NCBI GenBank assembly: GCA_002408445.1
Contig: DHSK01000062.1
Span: 15,689-74,493, forward strand
From: Syntrophomonas sp. UBA5288
Lineage (GTDB): Bacteria > Bacillota > Syntrophomonadia > Syntrophomonadales > Syntrophomonadaceae
Direction of reading: 5' to 3'
Length of the DNA stretch: 58,805 nt
The number at the start of each line of letters is the position of its first letter. The stretch's first letter is position 1. Of the stretch, positions 56,448-58,805 are shown in pieces. The position numbers and the translations under genes were made by a program. A model generated the notes under the pieces. That model was not told where the DNA came from, ran no database searches, and saw nothing but the letters and a program-made list of their open reading frames with translations.

Positions 56448-57788
56448 GTGAGAAAAAAATGTATTTTACTAATTTTTACTTTAATGATCATGTTTTTACC
56501 ACCCGGTTCCGCTTTGGCTTATGAGAATGTAAATATAAGCATAAATGGCGAATCCCGTTCTTTCAGTCCTTCCGCACAGCTTGTCGGTGGACGCACCATG
56601 GTGCCTATTCGTTTTATTGTAGAGGACAAGGCTTTACAGGGGCAGGTTAGCTGGGAACCCACCGGCAGTAAAGTGATCATAGAATGCCAGGGCAAGACTT
56701 TTGAGTTTGCTATCGGCAGCCGCCGGGTGGTGGTTAACGGAGTGACATCTTCCATGGATGTGGCGCCATACATATACAATAACCGCACTTTTGTGCCCCT
56801 GCGCTTTATAGCAGAGAATTTGGGGGCAGTGGTAGGTTGGAGGGCTTCGTCCCGTCAGGTGACTATAAATTTTGACCAGCATGAAAGGGTATTTGCCTAT
56901 TATTATCGTAATTTTGACGAGCTGAAGAACAATGCCGGTTTATTCGATGATGTGGCTTTCAGATGGTTTGAGACCAACGGCAATGGTGACCTGTTTTATG
57001 AATATGATGACGATTATGCCGGAAGGCTGGCGTTTGCACACAGCCACGGTATTAAGTGCCATGCCAGTGTGGTGTTCATGGACAAGGCGGGGCTGCATCA
57101 ACTGCTGTCCAACCCCGCTAACCGTACCCGGCTGGTCAACAACCTGGTGACCCGGGTAAATAAGGACGGCTATGATGGGGTGAACATCGATTTTGAGTTT
57201 ATCCCGGCTGACGATGCCGGACTGTTTACCACATTTTTAGCGGAACTTAAGAGTGCACTGGGCGACAAAACCTTGTCGGCGGCGGTATTCGCCCGTACCA
57301 GTCAGGATAAATGGGCTACCGGTTATGATTACGATGGTATTGGCAAGGTGGCAGACCTGGTAGTAGTTATGGCTTATGACTACAGCTACACAACCAGTGC
57401 GGCGGGACCGGTTGCACCGCTATGGTGGGTCAGGGAGGTGACAGCCTATATGACTGCTCATATGCCGGCTGCTAAAATACTGCTTGGTATACCTACTTAT
57501 GGTTATGACTGGTCACCTGGTTTATCCACCAGCACGGTTACGCTGAGCAAGTTAAACAGTATTAAAGCCAAATATCAGGTAAATGAACGATTTGATACTG
57601 CCAGCATGAGCCCCTGTTATACTTATACTGACAGCAACGGTAACAGCCACCAGATATGGCTGGAAAACCAGCGGAGTCTGCAGGAAAAATGGAATGTGGC
57701 GGTAGAAAATGATCTGGCCGGAATATCTTTCTGGAGGATAGGGAACGGATTTACCGATTTGTATAATGTGATAGAAACTAATAATTAG
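56448..57788 (+). CDS. Secreted glycoside hydrolase family 18 protein (YaaH/YdhD-like) with N-terminal copper-amine-oxidase-N-type stalk repeats
   Basis: Signal peptide. GRTMVPIRFI and NRTFVPLRFIAENLGA repeats. GH18 catalytic motif YDGVNIDFE. Confidence 0.85.
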   Translation: MRKKCILLIFTLMIMFLPPGSALAYENVNISINGESRSFSPSAQLVGGRTMVPIRFIVEDKALQGQVSWEPTGSKVIIECQGKTFEFAIGSRRVVVNGVTSSMDVAPYIYNNRTFVPLRFIAENLGAVVGWRASSRQVTINFDQHERVFAYYYRNFDELKNNAGLFDDVAFRWFETNGNGDLFYEYDDDYAGRLAFAHSHGIKCHASVVFMDKAGLHQLLSNPANRTRLVNNLVTRVNKDGYDGVNIDFEFIPADDAGLFTTFLAELKSALGDKTLSAAVFARTSQDKWATGYDYDGIGKVADLVVVMAYDYSYTTSAAGPVAPLWWVREVTAYMTAHMPAAKILLGIPTYGYDWSPGLSTSTVTLSKLNSIKAKYQVNERFDTASMSPCYTYTDSNGNSHQIWLENQRSLQEKWNVAVENDLAGISFWRIGNGFTDLYNVIETNN

Positions 57789-57792
57789 CAAG

Positions 57793-57890
57793 CCATGATT
57801 TGATATCACAGACATTTATAAAAACAACGTAGCAGGCCCTACAGCCCGACGTTAGGAGCGGGCTTCTTTTTGCAAGAGGCCCGCTTTTTG
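57793..57890 (+). repeat. Copy B of the second repeat family. It includes the terminator hairpins of the GH18 gene.
   Basis: CCATGATTTGATATCACAGACATTTATAAAAA...GTAGCAGGCCCTACAGCCCGACGTTAGGAGCGGGCTTCTTTTT. Hairpins AGCCCG/CGGGCT and GCGGGC/GCCCGC are each followed by a T-run. Confidence 0.65.
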
Positions 57891-58047
57891 TATGGGGGTT
57901 TCAATCCAAAGCTGTAATGTTAATATATAATAATAACAAACTAAATGATGGTTTGGGCAAATTATATTAGCATGATTAACCCGGCCAGGGCATGCTATTA
58001 TGGAGTTTTTTGTACAGAAAGATTAGAATTAGGCGGGAGGGGAGAGA

Positions 58048-58734
58048 ATGTTTACTGAACAGCCCGGTTTATTTGGTGAGGTTAGACCGAAACCGGTGGA
58101 TAAATTTCCGGAATGGCAGAAAACTGCTGAGCCGGCTGCGGTGTTTTTGCCGGGAGTAAAAGCAGAAGATGCATTTCCGGCTATTAATGATTATGCAGAT
58201 TTACAGAAGGAAGCCCTTAAATGCAACCGCTGCCGGCTGCGCAGTTCCTGTCAGCAGGTGGTTTTTGGCGATGGCCAACCGGATGCCAGATTAATGTTGA
58301 TCGGTGAAGGGCCCGGAAAGGACGAGGATGCCGCCGGGATTCCGTTCGTAGGACGGGCAGGCCAGCTTTTGGATAAGATCCTGCAGGCGGCTGAAATCAA
58401 GCGCCAGGAGGTCTACATCGGTAATGTGGTGAAATGCAGGCCGCCTGGCAACAGGCTTCCCAATCCGGACGAAGTAAAAGAGTGCCGGAACTATCTGGAG
58501 GCACAGATAAGGATCATTAAACCGCAGATGATAGTATGCCTGGGGGCTCTGGCCAGCCAGACGGTTATTGATCCCAAAGCGCGGATCGGGCAGGTCAGGG
58601 GCAAATGGTTTGCCCGCAATGATATAAAAATTATGGCAACCTATCACCCGGCGGCACTTTTGAGAAATGAAAGTTACAAGAGGCCGGTGTGGGAAGATTT
58701 TAAGCAGATACGGGATGCTTTGAAACTTTTATAG
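58048..58734 (+). CDS. Family 4 uracil-DNA glycosylase (Fe-S type)
   Basis: [21 protein letters not shown] and HPAALLR motifs. Confidence 0.9.
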   Translation: MFTEQPGLFGEVRPKPVDKFPEWQKTAEPAAVFLPGVKAEDAFPAINDYADLQKEALKCNRCRLRSSCQQVVFGDGQPDARLMLIGEGPGKDEDAAGIPFVGRAGQLLDKILQAAEIKRQEVYIGNVVKCRPPGNRLPNPDEVKECRNYLEAQIRIIKPQMIVCLGALASQTVIDPKARIGQVRGKWFARNDIKIMATYHPAALLRNESYKRPVWEDFKQIRDALKLL

Positions 58735-58805
58735 GGCCTGAACCAGGCATGGTTTTGCCGGTAAACCTTATTTTAAAAGTCTGTGTCATTGCTATGAATA
58801 ACGTT

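Noticed and set aside
1-58805. A search by eye for CRISPR arrays, tRNA, rRNA or tmRNA genes and long tandem repeats
   Set aside because: I found no regularly spaced direct repeats, cloverleaf-like sequences or rRNA-like stretches. The only repeats found are the dispersed palindromic families reported above. A covariance-model scan would be needed to exclude small RNAs.

Overview
This 58.8-kb chromosomal window looks like an anaerobic, spore-forming Firmicute (Clostridia, Peptococcaceae-like). That guess rests on gene content: SLH wall protein, YaaH-type GH18, B. subtilis-like acpS-alr-ndoAI-ndoA synteny, an agr locus and a group II intron. No rRNA, tRNA or CRISPR array was seen.

Layout, left to right:
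- 0.1-9.9 kb: a sulfur/methionine/SAM supercluster. It holds a translationally coupled ThiS-like carrier, E1, JAMM protease, small sulfite reductase, TusA and MetY operon. Converging on it is metK, followed by a non-canonical radical-SAM-like gene, a flavoprotein and a sulfonate-type ABC importer.
- 10-18.4 kb: tcdA, lgt, and a copper module (HMA membrane protein, CopA with an in-frame CopZ-like tail, OmpR/HK pair).
- 18.5-20.2 kb: a mobile-element graveyard (truncated yitT, the 3' end of a group II intron, an orfA-less IS3).
- 20.5-30.3 kb: a ttcA-like gene, a large SLH protein, then an AT-rich block of secreted or unknown proteins with a sigma/anti-sigma pair.
- 30.3-34.6 kb: a decayed mobilizable element (relaxase and serine-recombinase fragments) next to a yyaL pseudogene.
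- 34.8-38.2 kb: sdaAB/AA, an L,D-transpeptidase and a GntR regulator.
- 38.5-41.5 kb: a visibly GC-rich four-subunit 2-oxoacid:ferredoxin oxidoreductase operon bracketed by inverted repeats.
- 43.1-45.9 kb: an agr-type quorum-sensing locus containing an AgrD-like gene that the ORF track misses.
- 46-58.7 kb: housekeeping genes (hybrid kinase, cheW, acpS, nnr, alr, mazEF, amidohydrolases, GH18, UDG).

The observations most worth follow-up are the unannotated AgrD propeptide, the metK-linked radical-SAM-like/flavoprotein/importer module and its 36-nt flanking repeat, the repeat-bracketed por operon, and the non-S-box metK leader. All functional calls come from motif recognition by eye, with no database search.
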